DNA of 63,922 nucleotides, filler included, from Chiloscyllium plagiosum (GCF_004010195.1; 3 parts of one record of this genome joined end to end with filler, not necessarily neighbours in it), one strand, 5' to 3'; numbered from the whole stretch's first letter, positions 24,193 to 36,230 are shown. The notes: generated by a model from the letters alone, not told the origin. Numbers and translations are program-made.

Positions 24193-24980
24193 AGTCCAGG
24201 AACTTCCCACATACATTCGAGACACCACCCACGCCCTCCATCTCCTCCAAGACTTCCGTTTCCCCGGCCCCCAACGCCTCATCTTCACCATGGATATCCA
24301 ATCCCTCTACACCTCCATCCGCCATGACCAGGGCCTCCAAGCCCTCCGTTTTTTCCTCTCCAGACGTTCCCAACAGTACCCCTCCACCGACACTCTCATT
24401 CGTTTGGCCGAACTGGTCCCTTAACAATTTCTCCTTTGAATCCTCCCAATTCCTCCAGACCAAAGGGGTAGCCATGCGCACATGTATGGGCCCCAGCTAT
24501 GCCTGTCTCTTTGTTGGCTAAGTAGAGCAGTTGATCTTCCGTAATTACACAGGCACCACTCCCCACCTCTTCCTCCGCTACATTGATGACTGCATTGGCC
24601 CCACCTNNNNNNNNNNNNNNNNNNNNNNNNNNNNNNNNNNNNNNNNNNNNTTAATTAATTAANNNNNNNNNNNNNNNNNNNNNNNNNNNNNNNNNNNNNN
24701 NNNNNNCACTGTCATCAGTTCCACCACAAAACACACCAGATGGCCTCCTTCTTTAGAGACCGCAATTTCCCTTCCCACGTAGTTAAAGATGCCCTCCAAT
24801 GCATCTCATCCACATCCCGCACCACCGTCCTCAGACCCCACCCCTCCAACCGTAACAAGGAGAGAACGTCCCTGGTGCTCACCTTCCACCCTACCAACCT
24901 TCGCATAAACCACATCATTTGCCGACATTTCCGCCACCTCCAAACAGACCCCACCACCAGGGATATATTTTCCTCCCCAC
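24193..24980 (+). mobile_element. Neptune-type PLE RT fragment
   Basis: LIFTMDIQSLYTSI...FLQTKGVAMRTCMGPSYACLFVG...FLRYIDDCIG; continues after the gap as MASFFRDRNFP...FHPTNLRINHII. Confidence 0.85.
24607..24706. other. Artificial 100-bp scaffold linker (44N-TTAATTAATTAA-44N)
   Basis: Identical construct at 55781-55880; the 12-mer gives stops in all six frames. Confidence 0.95.
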
Positions 24981-25299
24981 AATTTGATGCAAGTCTGCCA
25001 TTACAGGTGCTCGACGGACTAACAATAGTTTGAAACCGACAGTGCCGGAGAACCTCAGCAGGTCCAGCAGCATCGATGGAGAGAGAGACATAAACAGGGT
25101 TCATGTTTCGAGTCTGGTATGTCTCTTCTTTGGACCGCCTAGCTTTCTTGTGTTGGCCTTAGGTTCCCTTCAGACGTCCCATCCAGATTATTTGGATGCT
25201 TATTGATGTCAGAGGAAGGCCACTCAGCTTCTGACCTCGTTAGTCTTTGTTCAAATATTGACCAAAGAGCCAAATCCCAGAGGTGAAGTGAGAGTGAGA

Positions 25300-26220
25300 A
25301 CCCCTGATATCATTTGGACCAAGTGTGGTATCGAGGAGCCCAAGCTAAACTGGTATCAAAGGGCTTTAAGGGGCAAATTCTCTGCTGGTTGGGGTCACAC
25401 CTGGCCCATGGGAAAATGGCTGAGGTTGTTGAGGGTCAGTCATATCAACTCCAGGACATCTCTGCAGGAGTTCCTCAGAGTAGTGTCCTAGGCCCAACCA
25501 TCTTCAGCTGCTTCATCAACACCTTGCCCTCTATCATAAGGTCAGACCTGGTTCCACAGGTTGGTGCAACATCGAGGGCCGAAGGGCCTGTACTGCATTG
25601 TATTGTTTTATGTTTTAAATAGAAATGGGGATGTTCGCCCATGATTGGACAATGTTCAGCACCATTCACAACTCCTCAGATACTTAAATGAACAGCAACT
25701 GCTGCAGATGCTGGTGATCTGAAATAAAAGCAGAGCATTAGAGAACTTTGAATTCAATTAAATCTAGAATTAAAATTTAGCCTAACAGAAACAATGTCAA
25801 TTGTTTACAAAAAGCCATCTGGTTCACTAACATCCTTTAGAGAAGGAAATCTGCCATCCTCAACCAGTCTGGCCTACATGTGACTCCAGATCCACTGTAA
25901 TGTGGCTGATGCTTAGCTGCCCTCTGGGTAATTAGGGATAGCCCAGCCAGTGATTCCCACATCCCATAAACAGATTAAATAAATGAAAATAATCTTTTCT
26001 CCAAGCCCCTCATCGTCCTGACTTGGAAATATATTGCCATTCCTTCACTGTCGTTGGGGCAGAACCCTGGAATTCCCTCCCTAAGGGCATTGTGGATCTA
26101 CCAACAGCACATGGACTGCAGCAGATCAAGAAGGCAGTCACCACCACCTTCTCAAGGGGCAACTAGGGATGGGCAATAAATACTTGGCCCAGCCAGCGTT
26201 GCCCATGTCCCAGGTGTGAA
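25300..26220 (+). mobile_element. LINE-B RT fragment, SINE-B body and LINE-B 3' end cluster
   Basis: GVPQSSVLGPTIFSCFINTLPSIIRS; small CR1 tail inserted at about 25545-25615; SINE-B at 25745-25970; LINE-B tail at 25995-26220. Confidence 0.7.
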
Positions 26221-27129
26221 TAAAACCAAAATTTTGAAAAGGTTCTGATGTGGATAGAGTGTAGCCACATCTGGTCTGCTCCCGCTGGTATTTTATTATC
26301 TTTGGGCGTGCTATGATAGTCTGGAGAAATGTGGGAAGTAGCCACGCGTGGGGGCACCCAGTGCCCAATGGAGAGATCCACTCCCTTTGATGATCTTCAG
26401 CATCGTCCCCCGCCACCCTCATGACCATGGCCCTCCATCCTCACACCCCTCACTAGAGGTCTGAGAAATCCACCCATTTATCTCACTGTCTTACTCTAGT
26501 AATACCTGCTGTGCTTTTCCAGCACTACTCTAACCTCACTCTAGCAATAGCCCTAGAGTGGGACACAGTGCAGTCCCAACAGCTGCCACCACACACAGTG
26601 GCGCTGGCGAGCTGTCGCCATCTCTCGGAAGGGGCAATTTTCTCTTGGCCTAGGGTCAAGGGGAAGGTGGTGGAACATCTCAACCTGAGCCCATTAACAG
26701 GCAGCTATCCCTTTCAACAGGTCAGGGGTTATTAGACACTCTGAGGAATCTTGACCCCAATTCTTCAGCCTGTGTGGAGACTGGGTGTGGGGGGCCATCA
26801 CCCCCATAAATAATTCCGAGTACTAACTCCAATTCCACCACCCTCTCAGGCAATTTAATTAGAGTTCACTCCTGTTTTGAATTTTCATTAATATTTTAAT
26901 AATCTGTTATGAAGCAAAATACTTTCTTGCGATGCAACTAACAGGACCTCTCACTGTCTTGACACTTGACCCAATTGTCTTGGTTTTGTATTGCTTGTTG
27001 TCAAAAGGGATATTGATTCACTGTCACCTTTGACCAGAACCAAATCCCAACTTTCCTCAGATCTGTTTCATTCACTTGATTCTTTATTTCTGACACAAAA
27101 TGACCATTTACCGTTTTGATTCACAGGTT

Positions 27130-27425
27130 GAGACATAACGAAGTAATGGTCACTATCTAAGGATACAGGGTGGGCCATTTCGGACTGAGATGAGGATAAA
27201 TGTCTTCACCCAGAGAGTGAGGAGCCTGTGGAATTCTCTGCCACAGAAAGCAGTTGAGGCCAAAACATTGAATGTTTTCAAGAAGGAGTTAGATACAGTT
27301 CTTAGGGCTAAAGGGATTGAAGGGAATGGGGAGAAAGTGGGAACTGAGTTGAATGCTCATATTGAATGAGGCAGCAAGCTCAAAGGGCCGAATGGTCTGT
27401 TCCTGCTCCTATTTTCTGTTCTTAT
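27130..27425 (+). mobile_element. CR1 LINE 3' end
   Basis: RTEMRINVFTQRVRSLWNSLPQKAV and 3' UTR. Confidence 0.8.
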
Positions 27426-27512
27426 GTAAGTAAAAGCTTGTTTTGAAAAAAGAGAGACAATTAACTTCAGTATTTCATGTTTAAAAATTGCCCCAGCAGA
27501 CGTATGTAACTA

Positions 27513-27724
27513 GGAGAAAGTGAGGACTGCAGATGCTGGAGATCAGAGTCGAGAGTGTGGTGCTGGAAAAGCACAGCAGGTCAGGCAGCATCCAAGGAGC
27601 AGGAAAATTGACGTTTCAAGCATAAGCCCTTCCTGATGAAGGACTTATGCTCGAAAAGTCAATTCTCCTGCTCCTGGGATGCTGCCTGACTAGCTGTACT
27701 TTTCCAGTGCCTCACTCTAAACAC
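27513..27724. mobile_element. Fold-back Neptune-pLTR insertion with 9-bp TSD
   Basis: ATGTAACTA at 27504-27512 and 27725-27733; two inverted repeat arms meet at the hammerhead core. Confidence 0.8.
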
Positions 27725-28042
27725 ATGTAACTACAGAGAGGTGGGGTATGATAGCATCCACATGTCTGCAGAACTACCTGATGGAATAAGTCAAACTTGT
27801 GACAGTATCTAGCCCAATAGGAGTGCATCAAATAGATACCCTGGAGCACCAAAGGATACACCATGGACACATTGCTGCAAAACAGGTTCAAGAATGAAGC
27901 CATGACAATGGTACATAGTGTCGACAGGTTATGTGAGATAGAATTAAGAAATCTTGAACTCTAACAACAGAGGGAATGTAGACAACATGCGTTAGCCAAA
28001 GAAGCGTTTAGAATAGAGAACAAAGAAGGATGTAATAGCATT

Positions 28043-28331
28043 TAGATTAGACCCCTACAGCATGGAAACAGGCCCTTCGGCCCAACAAGTCCACACCAAC
28101 CCTCTGAAGAGTAACCCACTCCCCTCTGACTATGGGCATTTTAGCATGGCCAATTCATCTGACCTGAACATCTTTGGATTGCGGGAGGAAACCGGAGCAC
28201 CTGGAGGAAACCCACGCAGACACGGGGAGAATGTGCAAACTCCACACAGACAGTCGCCCGAGGCTAGAATTGAACCTAGGACCCTGGTGCTGTGAGGCAG
28301 CAGTGCTAACCACTGAGCCACCGTGCCACCC
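28043..28331 (-). mobile_element. HE1 SINE
   Basis: Head, V-domain and (TTAGA) tail. Confidence 0.85.
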
Positions 28332-28537
28332 AGGACGATTCTGATTTCAATCAATGATTTCACTTAAACTGAGATTTGATACTCAGTACTGAGATTTACT
28401 GAGGGCTGGGTTGATAAGTATTTTATCTCAGTTGAGAAGGTAGTTGGGCAGGTGAAGTGGCCAGCGATGCTGGGATCTTAATATTAGAAAGTGTTTTGAC
28501 AGTTATAGCTCTGACTCCAAGGAAACCTAAACATATA

Positions 28538-29693
28538 GATAAGCTGCAGAGGTGGGCTGAGAGGTGGCAAATGGAGTTTAATGAGGACAAGTGTGAGGTG
28601 ATTCACTTTGGTCGGAGTAACTAGAATGCAAAGCACTGGGCTAATGGTAAGATTCTTGGGAGTGTAGATGAGCAGAGAGATCTCAGTGTCCAGGTACACA
28701 GATCCTTGAAAGTTGCCACCCAGGTTGACAGGGTTGTTAAGAAGGCATACTGTGATTAGATTAGATTAGATTACTTACAGTGTGGAAACAGGCCCTTCGG
28801 CCCAACAAGTCCACACCGCCCCGCCGAAGCGCAACCCACCCATACTCCTACATTTTCCCCTTACCTAACACTACGGGCAATTTAGCATGGCCAATTCACC
28901 TGACTTGCACATCTTTGGACTGTGGGAGGAAACCGGAGCACCCGGAGGAAACCCACGCAGACACGGGAAGAACGTGCAAACTCCACACAGTTAGTCGTCT
29001 GAGGCGGGAATTGAACCCGGGTCTCTGGCGCTATGAGGCAGCAGTGCTAACCACTGTGCCACCGTGCCACCCACGCTGTGTTGTAGCTTTTATTAATAGA
29101 GGGATCGAATTCCGGAACCATGAGGTTATGCTACAGCTGTACAAAACTCTGGTGCGGCTGCACTTGAGTATTGTGTATAGTTCTGGTCACCGCATTATAA
29201 GAAGGATGAGGAAGCTTTGGAAAGGGTGCAGAGGAGATTTACTAGGATGTTGCCTGGTATGGAGGGAAGGTCTTACGAGGAAAGGCTGAGGAACTTGAGG
29301 CTGTTTTTGTTGGAGAGAAGAAGGTTGAGAGGTGACTTAATAGAGACATATAAGATAATCAGAGGGTTAGATAGGGTGGACAGGGAGAGCCTTCTTCCAA
29401 GTATGGTGACGGAGAGTATGAGGGGGCATAGCTTTAAATTGAGGGGTGATAGATATAGGACAGATGTCAGAGGTAGTTTCTTTACTCAGAGAGTAGTAAG
29501 GGTATGGAATGTTTTGCCTGCAACAGTAGTAGATTCGCCAGATTTAAGTGCATTTAAGTTGTCGCTGGACAAGCGTATGGACATACATGGAATAGTGTAG
29601 GTTAGATGGGCTTCAGATTGGTATGACAGGTCGGCGCAACATCAAGGGCCAAAGGGCCTGTACTGCGCTGTAACGTTCTATGTTCTATGTTCT
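28538..29693 (+). mobile_element. 5'-truncated CR1/HER1 LINE inserted in the Penelope 5' pLTR
   Basis: DKLQRWAERWQMEFN...[13 protein letters not shown]...FFTQRVVRVWN; (TTCTATG)n tail; (T)ATA microduplication at the junctions. Confidence 0.9.
28755..29075 (-). mobile_element. HE1 SINE (young) inserted in CR1, 5-bp TSD
   Basis: CTGTG at 28750-28754 and 29076-29080; the empty site is visible in the sister CR1 at about 56806-56826. Confidence 0.9.
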
Positions 29694-29859
29694 ATAAATA
29701 GAAAGCGGGCCATGCCACCAGTGCTTCACTGCAGATTCACGAAGATGTTACCTAGTATGGTGATGAAACATCTGAAACCGAACATTCCAGCTCAGCGAGC
29801 AAACCTACATCCAGAACTTCAACCTGAGCTACAAATCTTCTCAAAGCTCACTAACACCA

Positions 29860-32057
29860 ATGGGTGCAATACGTTAAAACTGGCCCGAAAATGGGAAACC
29901 TAATGCCATCCGACAGAGCGTCACCCGTAAACAGCTGTACTCCTGCATGGATGCCTAAGGAAGCAAGTGCTACCTAAATGTCTTTAATGCAAACCTCCCC
30001 TTAACACCCCACAATAGGATAGCAGAGCAAAATGGCTGCATAATGCTCAGAGAAATGATTAACGATGCCCACAACAGACTTTGTAAATGCAATCAGGAAA
30101 TTTTGCGCTAAAAACCTTTACTCACCAATGCAACAGACCATGAATGGACAGACACAGTACAACAAGCCATTGATAGTAGATAGCAACAAACTCAGAAAGT
30201 GAAAACAAAACTAGACCTGTAGAAAAAGCTAGGCAAACTCACACAAAATAAAAACACAGACAACAGAGAAGCATGGATAAAAAAACTTACCTGACCGACC
30301 CTTAACAGACACTGAAAAAACCATCTTAGTAAGAGGATTAAATTACAACTTCCAGGATGCGGACAAGACAGATTTTTTAGCAGCATTAGAAACAACACTG
30401 AAGGACAACCAACTCACAGAAGAAACCCAACAAACCATCAGACAGACAGTCGCACCAACATTAAGCTGGAAAAAGGAATGAACCAGACTCAGTACACAAG
30501 AAAGGAAAGCATTAGAAGGACTCAAAAAACATGTAATCATTTTGTTATCCTACCTGCAGACAAAGGATGCTTGACAGTTTTAAATCAAAAAGACTACATT
30601 GAGAAAGTGAACGCACTTACCAACAGGTGGCAATACACCCAGCCCCACAACCAGAGAACCGAATCACAGCGCTACTCAAACAATTTCAGAAATCTGGAGA
30701 AATAAGTAAGATTGACTTCCAAAAACTGAAACCAGATGGATCCAACACACCACGCTTCTATGGGTTACCCAAAACTTCACAAACCAGGAGACCCCCCTCA
30801 GAACCATCATCTCGCTACCTGGAACACCAACTTACAGACGGGCCAAGGAGCTACACCAAAGACTAAAGCACTTAGTAGAAGGCTCACGCCACTCCATCCA
30901 CTCCACCCAAGAATTCCTGAAGACTATCAAAGACACCAAGATAGAAGAGGATGAAATAATGGTCTCCTTTGATGTAACAGCCCTGTTCACATCCATCACC
31001 ATCAACCTGGCCAAGGAAACACTGACTGCACTACTAGAAGAACCAAAGACGCATATACCAGACACCAACAACTTCATCAGCAAGGACAGCATCACCTTAC
31101 CACCCACGTCACCTTCAACAACAAGACCTGCAGATTAACCTGTGGAACACCCATGGGATCTCAGGATTCTTAGCAGAGGCAGTAATGCAGAGACTCGAAC
31201 AAACAGCTCTGCCAACCATCCAACCCAAACTCTGGGTCCGCTACATGGATGACACCTTTGTCATCACTAAACAAAACAAGTTAGAGGAAACCTTCATGAC
31301 TATCAATAATACCCTTACTGGCATAAAATTCACTAAAGAGGAGGAAAACAACAACAAACTGCCATTCCTAGATGTCATAGTAGCGCGAACAGTCAATGGG
31401 GAACTTCAAACCAGTGTCTACAGAAAAACAACACATACAGACCAAATACTGAACTACAGAAGCAATCATCCCAACACCCACAAATGAAGTTGCATCAGAA
31501 CATTATTTCAATGAGCCACCACACACTGCAGTACAGAGAAACTACGCAGAGCAGAGGAAAATCACCTATACCGTGTATTCAAAAAGAATGGGTTCCCAAT
31601 GAACACAGTCTGCAGATTTCTCAGCAACAAACCCAAACAAGCAGACAAAACACACCCAGAAACCCTAGCCACTCTCCCCTATATCAAAGACATCTCAGAA
31701 ATGACTGCCAGACGACTCAGACCTCTTGGTATCATGGTAGCCCACAAACCCACCAACACACTAAAACAGCAGCTAATGAACTTGAAAGACCCTATACAGA
31801 CAGCAAGCAAAACTAATGTCATTTACAAAATACCATGCAAGGACTGTAACACCCACTACATTGGACAAACAGGTAGAAAACTAGCCACCAGGATACATGA
31901 ACATCAACTAGCCACAAAAAGACATGACCCTCTCTCACTAGTATCCTTACATAGGGATGAGGAACGACACCACTTCAACTGGGACAACACTTCCATCCTA
32001 GGACAAGCCAAACAGAGACATGCACGTGAATTCCTAGAAGCATGGCATTCTGACTAG
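29860..32057 (+). pseudogene. Disrupted Penelope RT-GIY-YIG polyprotein
   Basis: VILPADKG, PRFYGLPK, MVSFDVTALFTSI, GTPMGS, LWVRYMDDTFV, LPFLDV, then NVIYKIPCKDCNTHYIGQTGRKLATRIHEH (GIY-YIG); several stops and frameshifts. Confidence 0.88.
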
Positions 32058-32214
32058 AACTTTATCAACAGATACATTGGCTTGGATCCCATTTACCACC
32101 CCCCTGCGAAAAAGAACAGGAAATGACATCACCACAGGAAATGACGTCACCAGCCCAAGGAAACCTAAACACATAAATAGAAAGCGGGCCATGCTACCAG
32201 TGCTTCTTCCAAAG

Positions 32215-32257
32215 GCTCATTGATGATGTAACCTAGTTTGGTGAAGAAACATCTGAA
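32215..32257 (+). ncRNA. Minimal type I hammerhead ribozyme motif (decayed) in the Penelope 3' pLTR
   Basis: TCA-tTGATGA-T-GTAACC-TAGTTT-GGTGAa-GAAAC-ATC-TGA; the 5' copy at about 29735-29775 gives GTTACC/GGTGAT. Confidence 0.6.
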
Positions 32258-32729
32258 ACTGAACCTTCCAGCTCAGTGAGCAAACCTACATCCAGAAACT
32301 CAACCTGAGCTACAAATCTTCGCAAAACTTGTTAATAGCTCTGACTGTGTACGCCAGTTTGTTCAAACAGCAATTTGCAGAGTACAAAACTGTCAACGAG
32401 GTAGTACTTGATGCATTGAGCATGTGACTGAAGCTCATCAATTAAAACTTATGACTACAAGGGAAAAATAACTCATCAGGCAGCTGTCGAACTTGCAAGG
32501 AAGAAAGGAATGCTGTGGAATCAGTGGTTTAGTTCATTCAAGCTAGAGAAAAAATAGAAATGCAAGAAATGTCAAGCTGGAAAGTTTCAGAAAAAGCTTT
32601 TCTGAAAAGCTATTGCTTTTTTGTTCTTGCAAGGTTAAAAACTTATTGAATGAGTGTCAAGTATTAAAGATTCACAAAGGAGCAGTTTCTGGTAGATGCT
32701 AATGATATTTCACCTATTGTATGTACCTC

Positions 32730-32877
32730 GGAGGAACAGGAAAATCGACGTTTCGGGCAAAAGTCCTTCATCAGGAATAGAGCCTCTGCTCCTCGGATGC
32801 TGCCTGACCTGCTGTGCTTTTCCAGCACCACTCTAACCTAAACCCTGGTTTCCAGCATCTGCAGTCCTTGTTTTTAC
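32730..32877. mobile_element. Fold-back Neptune-pLTR insertion with 17-bp TSD
   Basis: CCTATTGTATGTACCTC at 32713-32729 and 32878-32894; near-intact hammerhead on the minus strand at 32741-32779. Confidence 0.85.
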
Positions 32878-33760
32878 CCTATTGTATGTACCTCCTCATA
32901 CAGAATCAGTGAGTTGGCGAGAAAGGGGTTATTACCTCACCGTAGCCAACTCCCTCCCTCATTTGCCCTCCTTGTCCCTTTCCACTCCATCTCCAGGAAG
33001 GTGCATACCCGCACCCCAGTCTTGCATGAATGTGAATGAAGTCTGCAACGATTAAAACTTGCAATGTTGCCCCAGTACGTGGCAGGCCTAACGCTGAGCT
33101 GAAAGCGAAACGGACCATGGGAAAGAGAGGAGGCCAATTGGCCTCTCTACTCCGTACATCCATCATTTTGATCATGGCTGATGTGAATTTTAAACTCCAT
33201 CTACTCATGGTTCTGCAACCCATAATCTCCCTCAGCCAATAAAAGTCAGCCCATCACAATACAAATTTAGAAAGCCATGCAGATAAAACAGGAGTGGGAT
33301 TAAGTGAAGAAGTTTTGTTTACAAAGAGCCAATGGGGAGAATGGCATCCTCTTAGACTGTGGAATTCCAAGAATCTTCTCTTAATCTCTTCTTCAACTCA
33401 TAAACTATGCTGTAACAGAATTACTCGTGCCAGATAAAGTTGATGATAATTGGTGTCTATAAACATAATTGAAGCCTTTTAATCATTTCTTAAACCAGAT
33501 ACTCAGGAATCCCTCTTGAAGGTATTAACAAAGAGTCACATTAATTTCTTTTGATTGTTCACTTCTTGATCGATTCAGTTTGCATTGTAGAGAGGTAAGT
33601 ATTTTTCTGACCTCAAGCCTTATTTGTTTTTATAAATCTTTTCTGGGAAATGGGTGTTGCTGACTGGCCAGCATTTATTGCCATGTCTCTATGCATTGGT
33701 TTCCCAGATACATTCTTTAGTTTTATGGTTGGCTGACTTTCTCTCTATTTCTTTATATTA

Positions 33761-34063
33761 TGGGCGGCACGGTGGCACAGTGGTTAGCACTGCTGCCTCA
33801 CAGCGCCAGAGACCCGGGTTCAATTCCCGCCTCAGGCGACTGACTGTGTGGAGTTTGCACGTTCTCCCCGTGTCTGCATGGGTTTCCTCCGGGTGCTCCG
33901 GTTTCCTCCCACCATCCAAAGATGTGCAGGGTCAGGTGAATTGGCCATACTAAATTGCCCGTAGTGTTAGGTAAATGTAGGGGTATGGGTGGGTTTCGCT
34001 TCGGCGGGTCGGTGTGGACTTGTTGGGCCGAAGGGCCTGTTTCCACTCTGTAATCTAATCTAA
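33761..34063 (+). mobile_element. HE1 SINE, young subfamily
   Basis: TGGGCGGCACGGTGGCACAGTGGTTAGCAC, B box GGTTCAATTCC, V-domain, GGGCCGAAGGGCCT tail, (TAATC)n. Confidence 0.92.
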
Positions 34064-34509
34064 TTATCTTCATCCTTCACATGTAGGAGCAGCCATTCAG
34101 CCCTCTGAGCGTGTTCTGGCATTGAATGAGATCATGGCTGACCTATGACCCAACTCTATATCCCTGCCTTTGGCCCATATCCCTTAATATGTTTGCTCCA
34201 ACATTGTTGCAAATTGGTGATTTAGAGGTTTGTGAGTAAAGACTGCAGGTATGGGATAATAAGATCCAAAATCATAGGCCATTCAGCCCATCAAGTCTGC
34301 TCCACCATTCAGTAAGATCTGTTCTGACTGTGGCCTTAACTCCACTTTTCAATGCATCTCCCATAACCCTCTGCAGCCTCATTGATCAAAGATCTGTCTA
34401 ACTCCACCCTCATTATACAGATTTTTCCTTGAAGATTTCTTTTTACCTTACCTCTCGGACCAAGCTGAGTCTTTCATCACTTGGGTTTTTTCGAAATTCC
34501 ATCAAGTGC

Positions 34510-35660
34510 TGTGGGCTTATCTGGCTGGGTCAGGATTCATCGCCAGTCCCTAGTGGCCCCGGAGAAGGTAACAGTGAGCTTCCTTTTAGAACTACTACAG
34601 ACCTTGGGATGTAGGGAGACCCTCAGTAGGGATGGAATTCCAAGACTTTGATCCAGTGACACTGAAACAATGGTGATATATTTCTAAGTCAAGATGGTGA
34701 GTGGCTTGGAGGGGAACTTGCAGGGGGTGGTGTTCCCATGTATCTGCTGCCCTTGTCCCTCCAGATTGAAGTGGTTGTGGGTTTGGAAGGTGCTGTTTAA
34801 GGAGCCTTGGTGGATTTCTGCAATGCAGAGGGTGCACACAGCTGCCACTTTTTGTGGGGGTTGTTACAACACGAGGTAAACTCTCCTGCTTAATGAAAAC
34901 CCACAACTCGGTAAAGATTTATCCCGTGCAGTAATCTGTGAAAGTGCGAGAGGCCAAGGACTATTTAAAGTAAAAATTAACAACTTTATTTCTTTAAGTA
35001 TAACAGAGAATAATCAACTATTTCTAATTCCTTTCTCTAAGCTATCTTTTACTTTCCCCTATGCAATACTAGTCCGGTAAACGTCCCCCCCCCCCCCCCC
35101 ACAATTAAGATTTGCATAAAACAAAACTTTTTATCTCAAAACCGGGCAGCTTTCGTGCTTCTCTGTATTTCGGTCTTCTTTTCTTCTCCTTGGGGATACC
35201 TTCACAGGTTAGTGATCGATAAAGGTACCTCCCTGGGCAGTGTGCAGATGCCACTGGCTGGGCAGTTCTCCTCCCAACTGTTCAATTTTCCCTGGTCTTA
35301 TACACCCAAAGCATCAGGTTGTGACATTGGCTTTTAAGATTGTCAATATACTCAATTCAAACCTGATTGAAGTTTAATATTTTTGGGGGTATAATTTAAC
35401 CTGATTGGTCTAATTCTAATCTGTTTTGTCATTTCCAGGCAACCAGCTAATTTAGCTTTCGACCAAGTGTTTTATATCTTACTGAGAACATTTGGTGCTG
35501 TCAGGTGGCTCCACCAGCTTTTAACTCTCTTAAAAGTACAATACACCCACATCTTCGTAACAGGGTGATGGGGGTTAATGATGAAGGTGTTGAGTGGGCC
35601 AATTTGTGTTGGATAGTGTTGAGCTTCTCGTGTTGGGAGATCTACTCATCCAAGAATATG
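34510..35660 (-). mobile_element. LINE-B 3' part interrupted by a solo LTR
   Basis: Reverse of the 39230-39545 sequence at 34510-34857; continues after 35567. Confidence 0.65.
34862..35562 (-). mobile_element. Solo LTR (701 bp), Gypsy- or ERV-type
   Basis: Termini TGTTAC...GTAACA; 4-bp TSD GGGT (34858-34861, 35563-35566); minus-strand order CCAAT (35404, 35326), TATAA (35298), AATAAA (34985). Confidence 0.8.
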
Positions 35661-35791
35661 GTGAATATATAAATGACTCATTCACTTTCTCCTGACATCA
35701 CCAGAAAGTGGAAGAATAAAATTTTAATAGGCTATAGTTCAATAAATTATGAAATATGTGGATTAAAAGAAGCATAGTGGAAGAAGCTCTA

Positions 35792-36230
35792 ACATCAACT
35801 TGCATTAACTTAGACAGTGCCTTTAATAAAAAGTCTCGAGGTACTTCATAGGAGCATTATAAAACATAATTCAACACTGAGCAGCTTGAGGAGATATTAG
35901 TGTTGGTGATCAAAAGGACACAGGAACAGGCCCTTCAGCCCATGATGATGAGCCGAACATGACAGCAAATTAAATTAATCCCTTCTGCCTGCGTTTGGTC
36001 CATGCCCCTCCCTTCCTTCCATATCCATGTGCTTATCTGAAAGCCCCTTAAACGTCCCGGTCATACCTGCCTACACCACCAAGGAGGTGGATTTCCAGGC
36101 AAGGTAGCGGAGGAGAGGTTTAGGGAGAGAATTCCAGAGCTTAGGGTCCCGCCATCTGAAGGCACAGCCATGTGTGGGGGACAAGGAAGATTGAGGCACC
36201 TCAAGAAGTCTCAATGTGATGAGCACGGAT
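35792..36230 (-). mobile_element. L2 LINE 3' end interrupted by a CR1 tail (about 35915-36080)
   Basis: AACATCAACTTGCATT reverse tail; minus-strand translation AFRWRDPKLWNSLPKPLL. Confidence 0.6.

Larger units (their letters stand above)
28517..32334 (+). mobile_element. Near full-length Penelope/Poseidon-type retroelement with direct pLTRs and 12-bp TSD
   Basis: ATAGCTCTGACT at 28505-28516 and 32335-32346; 5' repeat 28517-28537 plus 29694-29853 matches 3' repeat about 32155-32334; RT and GIY-YIG ORF remnants lie between. Confidence 0.9.

Noticed and set aside
24651..24662. Palindromic homeodomain-like site TTAATTAATTAA
   Set aside because: It is centred in N padding and duplicated exactly at 55825-55836, so it is a synthetic linker
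27513..27724. MITE / DNA transposon interpretation of the palindromic units
   Set aside because: The arms are unequal, TSD length varies from 9 to 20 bp, and the same sequence terminates RT/GIY-YIG-bearing PLE copies
31599..32057. Stand-alone GIY-YIG nuclease gene
   Set aside because: It is the C-terminal segment of the disrupted Penelope polyprotein
33761..33835. tRNA gene
   Set aside because: The A/B boxes belong to the HE1 SINE head and run into the V-domain; there is no complete cloverleaf
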